A DNA stretch of 29,330 nt from Opitutia bacterium (GCA_050506795.1 JBJHCF010000014.1:68445-97774); one strand, 5' to 3'. Positions 1-9,626 are shown, counted from the first letter of the stretch. The notes: generated from the letters alone by a model not told the origin. Numbers and translations are program-made.

Positions 1-135
1 TTTTTTTTTGTTTTTTTTTACGCCACCCCCAAAAAAAAAACCCCAAACTAAAACATTAAATTTTTACCTTTGTTTGGGTGTTTGGGGGGGGGGGATGGCC
101 GGCCCCCGTCCCGATTGTCCCCCCCCCGCGCCAGG
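1..135. other. Homopolymer-rich, probably error-corrupted contig end
   Basis: Runs of T9, A10, G12 and C11. The Rossmann motif GGGMAG (frame of ORF 8..238) and its expected continuation RQGLKVTLVQDRP (frame of ORF 78..2438) are out of frame with each other. Confidence 0.8.
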
Positions 136-2438
136 GGTTGAAGGTTACCTTGGTCCAGGACCGTCCGGTTCTGGGCGGCAACGCGTCCAGCGAGGTCCGG
201 CTTTGGGTTCTCGGGGCCACGGCGCACATGGGAAATAACAACCGTTGGGCTCGCGAGGGAGGTGTGATCGACGAGATTATGGTGGAGAACTGTTATCGCA
301 ATCCGGAAGGGAATCCGGTGCTGTACGATCCACTGATTTTGGAAAAGGTTGTCTCGGAGCCAAACATCACCCTTCTGCTGAACACCGCGGTTTACGAGGT
401 GGAGAAGCAGGACGGAGATCCCGACAAAATATCATTTCTGAATGCTTTCTGCAGTCAAAACTCAACACGTTACATACTGGAGGCGAAGGTATTTTGTGAT
501 GCTTCCGGAGATGGTGTTGTCGGTTTTCTTGCGGGCGCGGCGTTTCGAATGGGCGCGGAGGGGGCGGATGAGTTTGACGAGGGGTTCGCTCCGTCGCTGG
601 AGTACGGGCATTTGCTCGGACACTCGATTTATTTCATGACCAAAGACCTGGGCAGACCGGTCAAGTTCGTGCCTCCCAGTTTTGCGCACAAGAACGCTGA
701 GGAGCTTATCCCCCGTTTCCGTGAATTCGATATTGCCCACCAGGCCTGCCAGTTTTGGTGGATCGAGTACGGAGGACGACTGGACACCGTGCACCAGACC
801 GAGGAAATCAAGTGGGAATTGTGGAAGACGGTTTATGGCGTTTGGGATTATGTGAAGAACTCGGGTAAATTCCCGGAGGCGGAGACCAAAACGCTTGAGT
901 GGGTAGGGCACATTCCCGGCAAAAGGGAAAGTCGACGGTTCGAAGGTGATTACATGATGGTCCAGAAGGACCTTGTTGAACAGGTCCGCCATGAGGATGC
1001 GGTCAGTTTTGGCGGATGGTGTCTCGACCTGCATCCCGCCGACGGCGTTTTCACGGAGAAGCCAGGTTGTACGCAATGGCACAGTAAGGGTGTGTATCAG
1101 ATTCCGTACCGAAGCATGTACAGCCGCAACATCAAGAACCTGTTTCTTGCGGGACGGATAATCAGTTGTTCACATATTGCGTTCAGCTCCACGCGTGTCA
1201 TGGCGACGTGCGCACATGGAGCTCAGGCGGTGGGCATGGCGGCTGCGTTGTGTTGTGAGAACGACTGCCTACCCGCGGAGGTTTATGCAAGCGGACACAT
1301 TCCTGAGTTGCAGAAGCGTTTGCTTCGAATGGGCCAACATATTCCGCACGTCACGTTAAAGGATTCGGAGGACCTGATCCAGAGCGCGCGTATCGAGGCA
1401 TCGAGCCGTTATGCGCTGGATTTTCTTCCTGAAGATGGGCCTCTTTTGAAATTGAGTTCTTCGCGTGCGGTTCTGTTACCAGTGGCAGCCGGGAGGGTGC
1501 CTCGCTTCGAATTTAATGTCGCCGCCAAAGAGGATACGGAAATAAAAGTCGAATTGCGGGCGACGAGTCGCATCGGGAATTTCACACCGGATAGAATTCT
1601 GGCCAGCAAATCGGTCAAGCTTAACTCCACTGTCGCGGAATCCGTAGGCGCGGCTGGTATGGCTCAGAACCGCGACCGGGGGTCTCAAATCGCACTGGGC
1701 CGTCGAGACGGTTGGAGTGACGGGTCAGCGGAAGAGGCGGTTTCCGGTTCGAGGGGAGAGCCAGGGACGCAAACGATCACTATTGATTTTGACCGGGAGG
1801 TGGACCGGCCACAATACCTCTTTGTCTGCCTAATGGCCAATCCGGCGGTATCGGTGCGGGCTTCCCAGCATCGCGTGACGGGGGTGCTTTCCTTGGCAAA
1901 CAAGGTCAATTCCCGTGTGGCGAAAGACAGCATCCAGACGCCTCCCGACGAGTTGGGTTTTGATTCGTTTGAATTCTGGTTGCCGGAACGTCGCCCTAAG
2001 GGATGGAATTTGGCTATGAAGGTTGAGCCGGCTCTGGACGTGTTTGGCGAGGAAAACCTGCGTAGCGGGTGTGATCGGCCGTTCTCCGGTCCAAACGCAT
2101 GGGTTGCCGACCTTGGCGATAAGGCGCCAAGAATGACTCTTTCGTGGGAAACGCCGCAAAATATTCGACGTATTGATCTGGTTTTCGACAGCGACATGGA
2201 CAACCCTTTGGAGACCGTAATCTGGGAGCACAGCGATCGAGTCATGCCCTTCTGTACGCGCGTGTACCGGATTAGCGACGACAAGGGAAATGTAATTGCA
2301 GAGTGCGTTGACAACCATCAGACGATCAATCGGATCACTTTGCCCGAGGCGATTACCACGCGGGAGCTTCATGTTGACGTCGAACATCCCTCGGCACTGG
2401 TACCCGCGGCGTTAATGAGCGTTCGGTGTTACAGTTAG
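78..2438 (+). CDS. FAD-dependent oxidoreductase (FAD_oxidored/PF12831-like) with C-terminal beta domains; true start unresolved
   Basis: Motifs LVQDRPVLGGNASSE, FCDASGDG, GKRESRRFEGDY, YQIPYRSMYSRNIKNLFLAGRIIS and STRVMATC are typical of this family. Confidence 0.85.
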   Translation: MFGGGGWPAPVPIVPPPRQGLKVTLVQDRPVLGGNASSEVRLWVLGATAHMGNNNRWAREGGVIDEIMVENCYRNPEGNPVLYDPLILEKVVSEPNITLLLNTAVYEVEKQDGDPDKISFLNAFCSQNSTRYILEAKVFCDASGDGVVGFLAGAAFRMGAEGADEFDEGFAPSLEYGHLLGHSIYFMTKDLGRPVKFVPPSFAHKNAEELIPRFREFDIAHQACQFWWIEYGGRLDTVHQTEEIKWELWKTVYGVWDYVKNSGKFPEAETKTLEWVGHIPGKRESRRFEGDYMMVQKDLVEQVRHEDAVSFGGWCLDLHPADGVFTEKPGCTQWHSKGVYQIPYRSMYSRNIKNLFLAGRIISCSHIAFSSTRVMATCAHGAQAVGMAAALCCENDCLPAEVYASGHIPELQKRLLRMGQHIPHVTLKDSEDLIQSARIEASSRYALDFLPEDGPLLKLSSSRAVLLPVAAGRVPRFEFNVAAKEDTEIKVELRATSRIGNFTPDRILASKSVKLNSTVAESVGAAGMAQNRDRGSQIALGRRDGWSDGSAEEAVSGSRGEPGTQTITIDFDREVDRPQYLFVCLMANPAVSVRASQHRVTGVLSLANKVNSRVAKDSIQTPPDELGFDSFEFWLPERRPKGWNLAMKVEPALDVFGEENLRSGCDRPFSGPNAWVADLGDKAPRMTLSWETPQNIRRIDLVFDSDMDNPLETVIWEHSDRVMPFCTRVYRISDDKGNVIAECVDNHQTINRITLPEAITTRELHVDVEHPSALVPAALMSVRCYS

Positions 2439-2598
2439 TTTTCCCTGGAGGAATTGCGGGGGCTGCGGGAATGGGCTGACTCGCTGACTCGAATTGTTAT
2501 GAATTTTTGTTGAAATGGGACCTGGTCAGGTATTAGGATCCCTAACGGTTCTGTTGTTTGCCGTCCAATCCGGCTATTATTTTTAATTTCCGAAAAGT

Positions 2599-3798
2599 GT
2601 GGGTGGCAAGAGAAAAAACGTAAAACCAAAGGTTCGTGCCGGTAGTCCCGACAATCCGTGGATCATGGTACTAGTGGACACATCCACGACTTGGGGCCGT
2701 GAAATTATAAACGGAGTGATCCGGTTCACCAATCGGCGCCCCCTTGGGAGAATCTTCGTGGAGGCGCGCGGGATGCAGGAGAGGCTTCGGGTTCCTAAGA
2801 CCGTAAACGTCCAAGGAGTTATCGCTCGTGTAAGATCCGATGAGATGGCGAGTGACCTCAAAGCAATGAAGGTACCTGTCGTCAATGTCTCGGGCATCAA
2901 ACTTACAGAGTGTGTTTTTCCTCAGGTCACCAGCAATATGCGAAAGGTCGCCGAGTTGGCCGTTGAACACTTCGTGGAGAAAGGATTTCTCCACTTTGGG
3001 TATTTTGGCTTGAAGGGGCTGCGTTACGTCACAGAGCAGCAGCACCAGTTCGAGGAGAAAGTTTCCCAAATGGGGTATTCCTGTGCTTCCTTTCGAGAAA
3101 CGACCCACCGGGGAGTTGAACCCGATTGGTGCCACAATAGGGAATTGCTCCTCTGGATCAAAGAGCTTCCTAAACCGGTTGGGATTTTTTCTTGGAACGC
3201 AAGCAGCGCTCGCGAGATACTATATGCCTGCCTCGATGCGGGCCTGAGAGTTCCGGATGAAGTTGCTATTTTAAGCGGGTCAGAAGATGATTTGCTTTGT
3301 CAGGCCGCGCCTATTCCCATTTCGGCCGTCGTTCCCGCCACGCAGCTTCTTGGGTTTCGAGCGACTGAAGTTCTGCACAATCTAATCAGGGGAGGCCCTT
3401 CCCAAAGCGAGCCCATTCTGATTCCTCCGATCGGGGTGAAAACCCGTCAGTCGACGGAAATCCTCGCGGTACAGGACCCGGCATTGGTGAAAGCGCTCAA
3501 TTTTCTTTCACAGAATCCGGATAAACAAATCAACGTCGATTACCTGGCTCGTCAGGCGGGAGTTTCTCGTCGTGCCTTGGAGCGCCGCTTCCGGGATGTT
3601 TTAAAGCGGACGCCGGCGGACGAAATCCGCCGCGTTCGTCTCGAAACGGCACGTCGCTTGTTGGCGGAGACCGATTTGCCCATATCTGCGGTGGCTGATG
3701 CGCTCGGTTTTGAATCACAAGGTTATTTCGCCTCCCTGCACAGGAGATATTTCAAAAAATCACCGATTCAGTACCGTCTTGAGTGCCGCCCGCGTTGA
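2599..3798 (+). CDS. XylR-type transcriptional regulator (periplasmic-binding-like sensor domain + AraC double HTH)
   Basis: AVEHFVEKGFLHFGY, WIKELPKPVGIF, VPDEVAILS and IPPIGVKTRQSTE, followed by LARQAGVSRRALERRF...ISAVADALGFESQGYF...SPIQYR. Confidence 0.92.
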   Translation: MGGKRKNVKPKVRAGSPDNPWIMVLVDTSTTWGREIINGVIRFTNRRPLGRIFVEARGMQERLRVPKTVNVQGVIARVRSDEMASDLKAMKVPVVNVSGIKLTECVFPQVTSNMRKVAELAVEHFVEKGFLHFGYFGLKGLRYVTEQQHQFEEKVSQMGYSCASFRETTHRGVEPDWCHNRELLLWIKELPKPVGIFSWNASSAREILYACLDAGLRVPDEVAILSGSEDDLLCQAAPIPISAVVPATQLLGFRATEVLHNLIRGGPSQSEPILIPPIGVKTRQSTEILAVQDPALVKALNFLSQNPDKQINVDYLARQAGVSRRALERRFRDVLKRTPADEIRRVRLETARRLLAETDLPISAVADALGFESQGYFASLHRRYFKKSPIQYRLECRPR

Positions 3799-3869
3799 TC
3801 CGTTGGGGGAATCGTGTTGTTTCCGCGCGCCAAAAGAAAAAACCGGTGATCTATTGATAGGAAGTATAC

Positions 3870-3887
3870 ATATCAATTAATTGATAT
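3870..3887. promoter_or_regulatory. Perfect 18-bp palindrome, candidate operator
   Basis: ATATCAATTAATTGATAT in the intergenic region, ~35 bp upstream of motif copy 1. Confidence 0.4.
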
Positions 3888-3921
3888 AAAGCGAGTTGGG
3901 GGTTTTGTTCAGGTGGGAGAA

Positions 3922-3986
3922 TGACGCAAATTCAAAAAGTTATTCCGCAATTTTCCATAGTGCCGAAATCAATCTTTTGGTAAATT
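3922..3986 (+). promoter_or_regulatory. Conserved activator site + promoter, copy 1
   Basis: TGACGCAAATTC-AAAAAGTTA-TTCCGCAATTTT-CCA-TAGTGC-17bp-TAAATT, with extended -10 TG. Confidence 0.85.
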
Positions 3987-4070
3987 ACGAGTTAGATCTT
4001 TTCTGAAATTGATCTCCAAGAATGAGCGAGAATCTCTTCTTTATCGAAAACCCAACACGCAATCATTACA

Positions 4071-4865
4071 ATGAAATCCAAACCCTGCTTCTCTTGGTCC
4101 GTACGTCCGGTTGCGAGCTGTTGTTTTGACTATACCCCCGCAGTATCGTCTGACGCCCATAGGCAAACCGATACATTTGCCTTTAAAAAGTTTAGTCAAC
4201 ACGGATTTACCCTGATCGAATTGCTTACGGTGATTGCGATCATCGCGATCCTGGCAGCCATATTGATTCCGGTCGTCTCATCAGTGAGAAACTCTGCGCG
4301 AACAGCACAGGCGACCAGCAATGTTCGGGAGATTGGGACCCTTACCCATCTTTATATGGACGAGAATAACGGTAGGTTGCCAACCGACCTGTTCGGCAAC
4401 GCTAATGCCAAACCATGGATTGAAGATCTTTGGGAGATAGCTTATCCGGGGCGTGAGTTTCCGGAATTCAATGCCAGTGTCCATGGAAATGAATTGCGCG
4501 ATACGGTCTTTTACACACCGCTCCTGGAAGAGGAAGCGGCTAACGGGGGAATTGCGAGGAGCTTTGGCTGGAGCGTTTCGTTGCGGGTTAACTCTAGAGG
4601 GAGTGTTGCGCAAGGCATGTACCATGGGCACATTTCCGGCGTCCGCAACCCGTCATTGACGGTTGCTTTGTCCGATAGCATGAGCTCGAGTAATATTCGC
4701 GCCGGCAGTCCCCAGATAAATTTCCGCAATAATGGCCGGGCGCTTTTTCTCTTTCTGGACGGCCACGTTGAGTCGCTCAGGCCCGATCAGGTTCCTGAGA
4801 ATGAGAACCACGTGTTTTGGGGCGGGACAAGCGGTGACGAAAGCGGTCCGACTCCTCGCCGGTGA
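4071..4865 (+). CDS. Prepilin-type N-terminal cleavage/methylation protein with H-X9-DG-like C-terminal motif (paralog 1)
   Basis: G|FTLIELLTVIAIIAILAAILIP after a 45-aa leader; C-terminal FRNNGRALFLFLDGHVE. Confidence 0.92.
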   Translation: MKSKPCFSWSVRPVASCCFDYTPAVSSDAHRQTDTFAFKKFSQHGFTLIELLTVIAIIAILAAILIPVVSSVRNSARTAQATSNVREIGTLTHLYMDENNGRLPTDLFGNANAKPWIEDLWEIAYPGREFPEFNASVHGNELRDTVFYTPLLEEEAANGGIARSFGWSVSLRVNSRGSVAQGMYHGHISGVRNPSLTVALSDSMSSSNIRAGSPQINFRNNGRALFLFLDGHVESLRPDQVPENENHVFWGGTSGDESGPTPRR

Positions 4866-4962
4866 AGGGTCGAAAAAGACGGTTGAGGAGGTAGGGGGTT
4901 CACCGATGTGTCCCCTTTATGGCCTCCTTGAAATTCAAACGAATAAACGAAGTAAAGAAAAA

Positions 4963-6807
4963 ATGAGAGCAAATCTTATAACACTATTGATAGTTTCCGC
5001 CTTGAGTTTTTCATTGGCCAGTTCGGTAAGCGCTGATCTCAGGGTGTTCGAACCGTTCGATTTTACTGGTGAAAGACTGGATGGCGCCGGATCCGGAACG
5101 GGCTGGAATGGGGACTGGGTCGGGGGGACCAACGAAGGATTGGAAATGGCTGAGGATGGCCAAAGCCTGGCCTATCCGGATGGGGTTGATTTGGAGGCGA
5201 CGGGTGGGCGTGTCGATTCCTATCGCCCAATGGTTGACGGGGAGTTATCCGGTGCGGCAAGCGAGCGTCTATTGGAGAGCGATTTCGGCCTTGGGGCCGG
5301 GAATCCTACGTATTACCTGAGCTTCCTGGCACGCAAGGATGAGGACGGCTTCTTTCGAATTGAGGCGATGCGTTCCGACGGCATTTCGCGCTGGCGGGTG
5401 CGTGTTGGCGAAGAGGGATCCGTAGGTGTTGGGATGGACATTTGGAGCGACAGTGATGAGGGTGTGATCGAAAGCGGCAGCACGTATCTCGTGGTCAGCA
5501 AGTTTACACCCGGAAACCCGGCTGTTGCCCAGGTGAAAACCTTTGAGACTGGGGTGGACACGGTTCCCTCAAGCGACGCGGGTATCCAATGGGACGCCAC
5601 CGTCAACCGGGCAACCGGCGTGAGTCAGGATCGCTTCTTCATTGCCGTATCGGCCGGCCGGGTCGAGCTGGATGAGTTTCGGTTCGGCACCTCCTGGGAG
5701 GCGGTTGTATTGGGAGCGGAGAAGCCGACATTTGAGAGTTGGCAGGCAACGCACTTTACCCCGCAGGAGCGGGATAATCCGGCTATTAGCGGACCGGATG
5801 CCGACCCGTCCGGGGAGGGGGTGCCGAACCTGATGAAGTACGCCTTTTTCAATGTGGATCCCAAGGAACCGATTGCCAGAAGAATGCTGCCCCAACCTGA
5901 GTTTGTCGATGGGGTTCTTCAATTGACCTATCCCGAGCGTCCTGATGTCGATGACGTCCTGTATACTGTCGAAGTGTCGACGGACTTGGAGGAATGGAGC
6001 AGCGATGCTTCGAGGGTTGCGGAAGTCGCACGGGTCTTCGACGGTGAGTTTGCCGAGCAGGTGACGATGATGGCCTTGCAGCTGGGCGCTTTTTCGGTCG
6101 AGCCATTCGATCTGGCCGGAGACGGCCTGGACGGAAGCGGTTCTGGTAGAGGTTGGGACGGCGAATGGTTTACGACCGAGGGAGACGGTCTCGCTCTTGC
6201 CGCGGATGGCGAAAGCTTGGCGTATCCGGACGGAAGCCTGCTGGTTGCGAGCGGTTCGCGCGTGATGAGTGAAGTGCTGGGCGAGGAGGAAGTTGCGAGC
6301 ACGAGGTTGCTCCGCTCGCCGATTTCCCTCGCGGCAGGGAACCCTCCGATTTACATAAGTTTTCTGGCACGCAGGAGCGAAGACGGGAGTTTCCTTGTGG
6401 AGACCAGGCGCCCGGACGGAATTTCCCGCTGGGGAATCGATGTGTTGTCCAACGGAATCGTGGGGACTCGGGTCGGAGACTGGGTCGACAGCGATCCGGG
6501 AACCTTTGAGGCTAACAATACCTACCTGGTGGTGAGTAAGTTTATACCCGGGGTCGCGGACGTGCAAGTGAAAGTGTTCGAGGTCGGCGTCGACACCGTT
6601 CCGGAAGACGATGCCGACGTGGAGTGGGACGTGGCTGCCAGCGGCCTCACCGGCGTTCAACAGGATCGGATCTCCCTGACGATTCGATCAGGGACGGTCG
6701 AGCTGGATGAACTGCGGATGAGTTCCACCTGGAAGGGAGCGGTGATCGAGGACGAGTCGGTCGATCGCAACTTCATGCGAATACGGCTCACTCAGATTCA
6801 AGAGTAG
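4963..6807 (+). CDS. Secreted acidic protein with two copies of a ~225-aa beta-rich domain and a verrucomicrobial-type C-terminal domain
   Basis: ATG 4963 gives signal peptide MRANLITLLIVSALSFSLASSVSA. Internal repeat EPFD..G..LDG.GSG.GW.G.W ... TYLVVSKF.PG ... VELDE.R....W. Also contains W..THF...DADPSGEGVPNLMKYAF and YTVEVSTDLEEW. Confidence 0.85.
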   Translation: MRANLITLLIVSALSFSLASSVSADLRVFEPFDFTGERLDGAGSGTGWNGDWVGGTNEGLEMAEDGQSLAYPDGVDLEATGGRVDSYRPMVDGELSGAASERLLESDFGLGAGNPTYYLSFLARKDEDGFFRIEAMRSDGISRWRVRVGEEGSVGVGMDIWSDSDEGVIESGSTYLVVSKFTPGNPAVAQVKTFETGVDTVPSSDAGIQWDATVNRATGVSQDRFFIAVSAGRVELDEFRFGTSWEAVVLGAEKPTFESWQATHFTPQERDNPAISGPDADPSGEGVPNLMKYAFFNVDPKEPIARRMLPQPEFVDGVLQLTYPERPDVDDVLYTVEVSTDLEEWSSDASRVAEVARVFDGEFAEQVTMMALQLGAFSVEPFDLAGDGLDGSGSGRGWDGEWFTTEGDGLALAADGESLAYPDGSLLVASGSRVMSEVLGEEEVASTRLLRSPISLAAGNPPIYISFLARRSEDGSFLVETRRPDGISRWGIDVLSNGIVGTRVGDWVDSDPGTFEANNTYLVVSKFIPGVADVQVKVFEVGVDTVPEDDADVEWDVAASGLTGVQQDRISLTIRSGTVELDELRMSSTWKGAVIEDESVDRNFMRIRLTQIQE

Positions 6808-6961
6808 TAGGAGACAACCTGTCACTTTCGCATCATAAACCATCTACGCCATTACCGTCGTAGCTGCCTGCGTCGATATAGCCGTGAAAGAATTTAAAGT
6901 ATCCAACCAGTTCTTGACGTTAGGCGGCCCATATCGCAAGGCATTATGATTATATAATCCA

Positions 6962-9265
6962 ATGTTACACAAGACCAAGAATGAATGCGACCGGCCTATT
7001 GCGTTCAGGGTGACGCTGTCGGGCGTGGTTGTGGCAGCCGTTGCCTTCAGCCTTCGGGGTCCCATTCGCCTTGTTATTGGCGTGGTCCTCCTGGTGTTAT
7101 ATGCTGGGATCGCATCAATCTCGGTAGCGGAAACCCGGAAAACCGAGGGCCACGCCTTTCAGTTTGGTAGTGGTGGCTATCAATTGAGCGTCGAAACCAA
7201 AGCCTTTCGATTCAGCTTCATGGATTCCGAAGGCGCGATCCTGGCGCCGCCCCATGCCGACTCTGGCATTATGATTAACCATCGTCCGGTGCTCAGGGTG
7301 GAAAGGGGCGACAGTCGAGATAACGTATTCATTGTCGAAACGGAGGACGGCACGAAGGCTCGTATCCAGTTTCATCTCGAGGACGGGCACGTCGCTGTCA
7401 CGGTGACCCCTAAGAAGAGCGAGCTTCACAGAATTGCGATACAATTGGGCGGGATGCCGGCGGCGTACGGTCTTGGCGACCATGGAGGCTACCACCACTC
7501 CTTTAATCTTGTTGGCGACGAAGCAACCGAATTCCGTATAGCAGGGCGGCGATGGGTGAGTTCGTTTGCGATCCTTCCTCAGAATCAGCTTGGCGGCGTC
7601 GTTTTCGGTGGAAAGTCTCGCTCTGTGATCCTCGGGCCGGATCAATATACCATGACGGCTGATACCGTGGAACCGATTACGTTCCATTACTTTCTTGGGG
7701 ATCCTTATAAGATTTATGAGAGCTACCTGACGCTGCGGATTCGGGAAGGTTATCCGAATGTTAAACCGAAGTTTCGTTTCTTCGAACTCGGCTGGGAGTC
7801 GTGGGCCGCCCTTGGCTGGCAGGTCAATCAGGAGATGGTGATGCAATCAATCGCTGATTTTCAACGTAATGGCTATCCGATCCGCTGGGCGGTCACCGGG
7901 TCGGGCTTCTGGAGGGAAGGGGGAACCACCACCAGTTTTGGCGAATTCGGCGACACCTTCTCCGATCCCAGGAAATTCAGGGAGCAACTTCACGAGCGGG
8001 ATGTGAAGTGGTTGATTGGATTGCGTACCAATTTCGTTCCACCGGGAGGCCCGTACAAGCCCTATACGGAAAGGCGCGATGTAAATCTCGAGGTCGAGTA
8101 TTTCGATGGCAATCCGTTATCCGAAATCGCTATTGAGAAGGGGTATTTCCTGAAAGATGATGACGGCAACCTGTTCAGCAGACCCTCACCGGTCTTCCCG
8201 CTCGTCAACTGTTACCTTCTGGACGGTCGAAACGAGGCCGCCGCCAAATGGTTCGCCGAGCTGTTCGAAAAGTGGAATGTCGATGGTATCAAGGAAGATA
8301 CGATGATGAGTGTAGGGGAAGAATGGATTGACATCTTCAATCGTCCGCAAATCGAAATCGCGAAGAACGGACATTTGGTCATGGCGAGAAACGGTAGCTT
8401 CACCGCGCCAGGGACGCTTCTGCGTACTGAAGATACCCTGGGCACTCGAAGTTTGCGACACCGGCTTCCGGTCAACTACCTTCAATACGCCGCCTCCGGG
8501 GCGCCGAACGTTTATTCCGATACCATCGGTTTTCGAAATATGGACCGGTATTCCAAGGAGGTGATGCGGCACGGCTGGCTGATGGCCACCACTGCCGGTC
8601 TGTCTGTAGGGGAATCACCGACCGACTGGGCGCCGGATCAGCAGGCGATGTTCAAAAAGATCATCGACTTTCACTATCAGATCGGTCCCTACCTTTATGA
8701 TGCTGCGGTAAAATCCTATGAGACCGGTTATCCCTATACCTTAACCCCTCTGCCAATTGCCTATCCGCACGACCCGGCAACAAGTGAAACGCCCGACTTT
8801 CAATGGATGGCGGGAGAGTCACTGCTCGCCGTGCCGCCGGCAAAGCGACCTGACGAAGACACAATCGACGTGTATCTGCCGGAAGGGATTTGGTTCGATT
8901 ATGAGACAGGTGAACAATACAAAGGGCCGGTGATGCTGGAGGATTTTTTTATGCCGGTTGATAAAACGCCCGTATTTGTCGGAGGGAAGGGAGTCATGGT
9001 CATGAGAGAAAAGGACGAAGAGCTGTTGCGGGCCCGCGTGTATCCGATGGAGCGAGAAGATGAAGTGTTCGTGTTTCACCATCCCGACGGCACGTCAAAA
9101 AGCAGGATTATACTGAATGGCTGGGGCGAGGTTAAACCGATTGTAATCGACGAAGACACAGGAAAGGAAGTCCAGGTTCAGGAGCGAAAACCTGAGGGTA
9201 GTATTTCATTTTTCATCGAGCCAGGGCATAATTACAAGATACTTGAAACGAATGAAGGCTCCTGA
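6962..9265 (+). CDS. Glycoside hydrolase family 31-like protein
   Basis: N-terminal hydrophobic signal, GMPAAYGLGD, AIEKGYFLKD, putative nucleophile region VDGIKED, PYLYDAA...GYP..TPLPIAYPHD, QWMAGESLLAVP and VYLPEGIWFDYETGEQYKG. Confidence 0.85.
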   Translation: MLHKTKNECDRPIAFRVTLSGVVVAAVAFSLRGPIRLVIGVVLLVLYAGIASISVAETRKTEGHAFQFGSGGYQLSVETKAFRFSFMDSEGAILAPPHADSGIMINHRPVLRVERGDSRDNVFIVETEDGTKARIQFHLEDGHVAVTVTPKKSELHRIAIQLGGMPAAYGLGDHGGYHHSFNLVGDEATEFRIAGRRWVSSFAILPQNQLGGVVFGGKSRSVILGPDQYTMTADTVEPITFHYFLGDPYKIYESYLTLRIREGYPNVKPKFRFFELGWESWAALGWQVNQEMVMQSIADFQRNGYPIRWAVTGSGFWREGGTTTSFGEFGDTFSDPRKFREQLHERDVKWLIGLRTNFVPPGGPYKPYTERRDVNLEVEYFDGNPLSEIAIEKGYFLKDDDGNLFSRPSPVFPLVNCYLLDGRNEAAAKWFAELFEKWNVDGIKEDTMMSVGEEWIDIFNRPQIEIAKNGHLVMARNGSFTAPGTLLRTEDTLGTRSLRHRLPVNYLQYAASGAPNVYSDTIGFRNMDRYSKEVMRHGWLMATTAGLSVGESPTDWAPDQQAMFKKIIDFHYQIGPYLYDAAVKSYETGYPYTLTPLPIAYPHDPATSETPDFQWMAGESLLAVPPAKRPDEDTIDVYLPEGIWFDYETGEQYKGPVMLEDFFMPVDKTPVFVGGKGVMVMREKDEELLRARVYPMEREDEVFVFHHPDGTSKSRIILNGWGEVKPIVIDEDTGKEVQVQERKPEGSISFFIEPGHNYKILETNEGS

Positions 9266-9272
9266 CCTACCT

Positions 9273-9352
9273 GAATGCCACTCGGATAAGGCGCTTGATC
9301 GCAGCATTCCGTCTTGCAGGATGACCCTGAACAAGGAAGCGTTCTTCAATCA
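9273..9352 (+). repeat. Dispersed direct repeat, copy A (shared with 19296-19397)
   Basis: gaatgccactcggataaggcgcttgatcgcagcat...gatgaccctgaacaaggaagcgttcttcaatca aligns with copy B; 28 of 30 nt are identical in the gatgaccc...cttcaa block. Confidence 0.85.
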
Positions 9353-9420
9353 CAGATTGCACAGATGGGCACAGATAAGAATTTTCGTCTTTAAATCTGT
9401 GGTCATCTGAGCAATCTGTG
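9351..9420. repeat. Periodic palindromic repeat (3x CACAGAT / 3x ATCTG[T/A]G), REP-like stem-loop
   Basis: cacagat at 9351, 9360 and 9370; atctgtg/atctgag/atctgtg at 9395, 9405 and 9414. Confidence 0.85.
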
Positions 9421-9472
9421 GTCAAAAATATCCCTGATAGGCCAGAGCTGGAGGCGCCGAACCCTGGATAAG

Positions 9473-9537
9473 TGTCGGAAATTCAAAAAACCTTTGCGCA
9501 TTTCTCCATAGCGCCGGAATCGTTGAAGTGTTAGCTT
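9473..9537 (+). promoter_or_regulatory. Conserved activator site + promoter, copy 2
   Basis: TGTCGGAAATTC-AAAAAACCT-TTGCGCATTTCT-CCA-TAGCGC-17bp-TAGCTT, with extended -10 TG. Confidence 0.8.
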
Positions 9538-9626
9538 ATGAGAGGCGTATTCAACAGGGAATGATTGTTAAATAACAATTTAGCAGTATAATCAACATCA
9601 AGAATGTATCCAAGAAAAGGATTATA

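Noticed and set aside
1..135. G/C tracts as G-quadruplex or contingency loci
   Set aside because: They sit at the window edge and scramble a conserved FAD-binding motif, so low-quality sequence is the simpler explanation.
4732..4962. N-terminal extension of the 691-aa ORF
   Set aside because: It overlaps the pilin gene; a clean signal peptide begins at ATG 4963.
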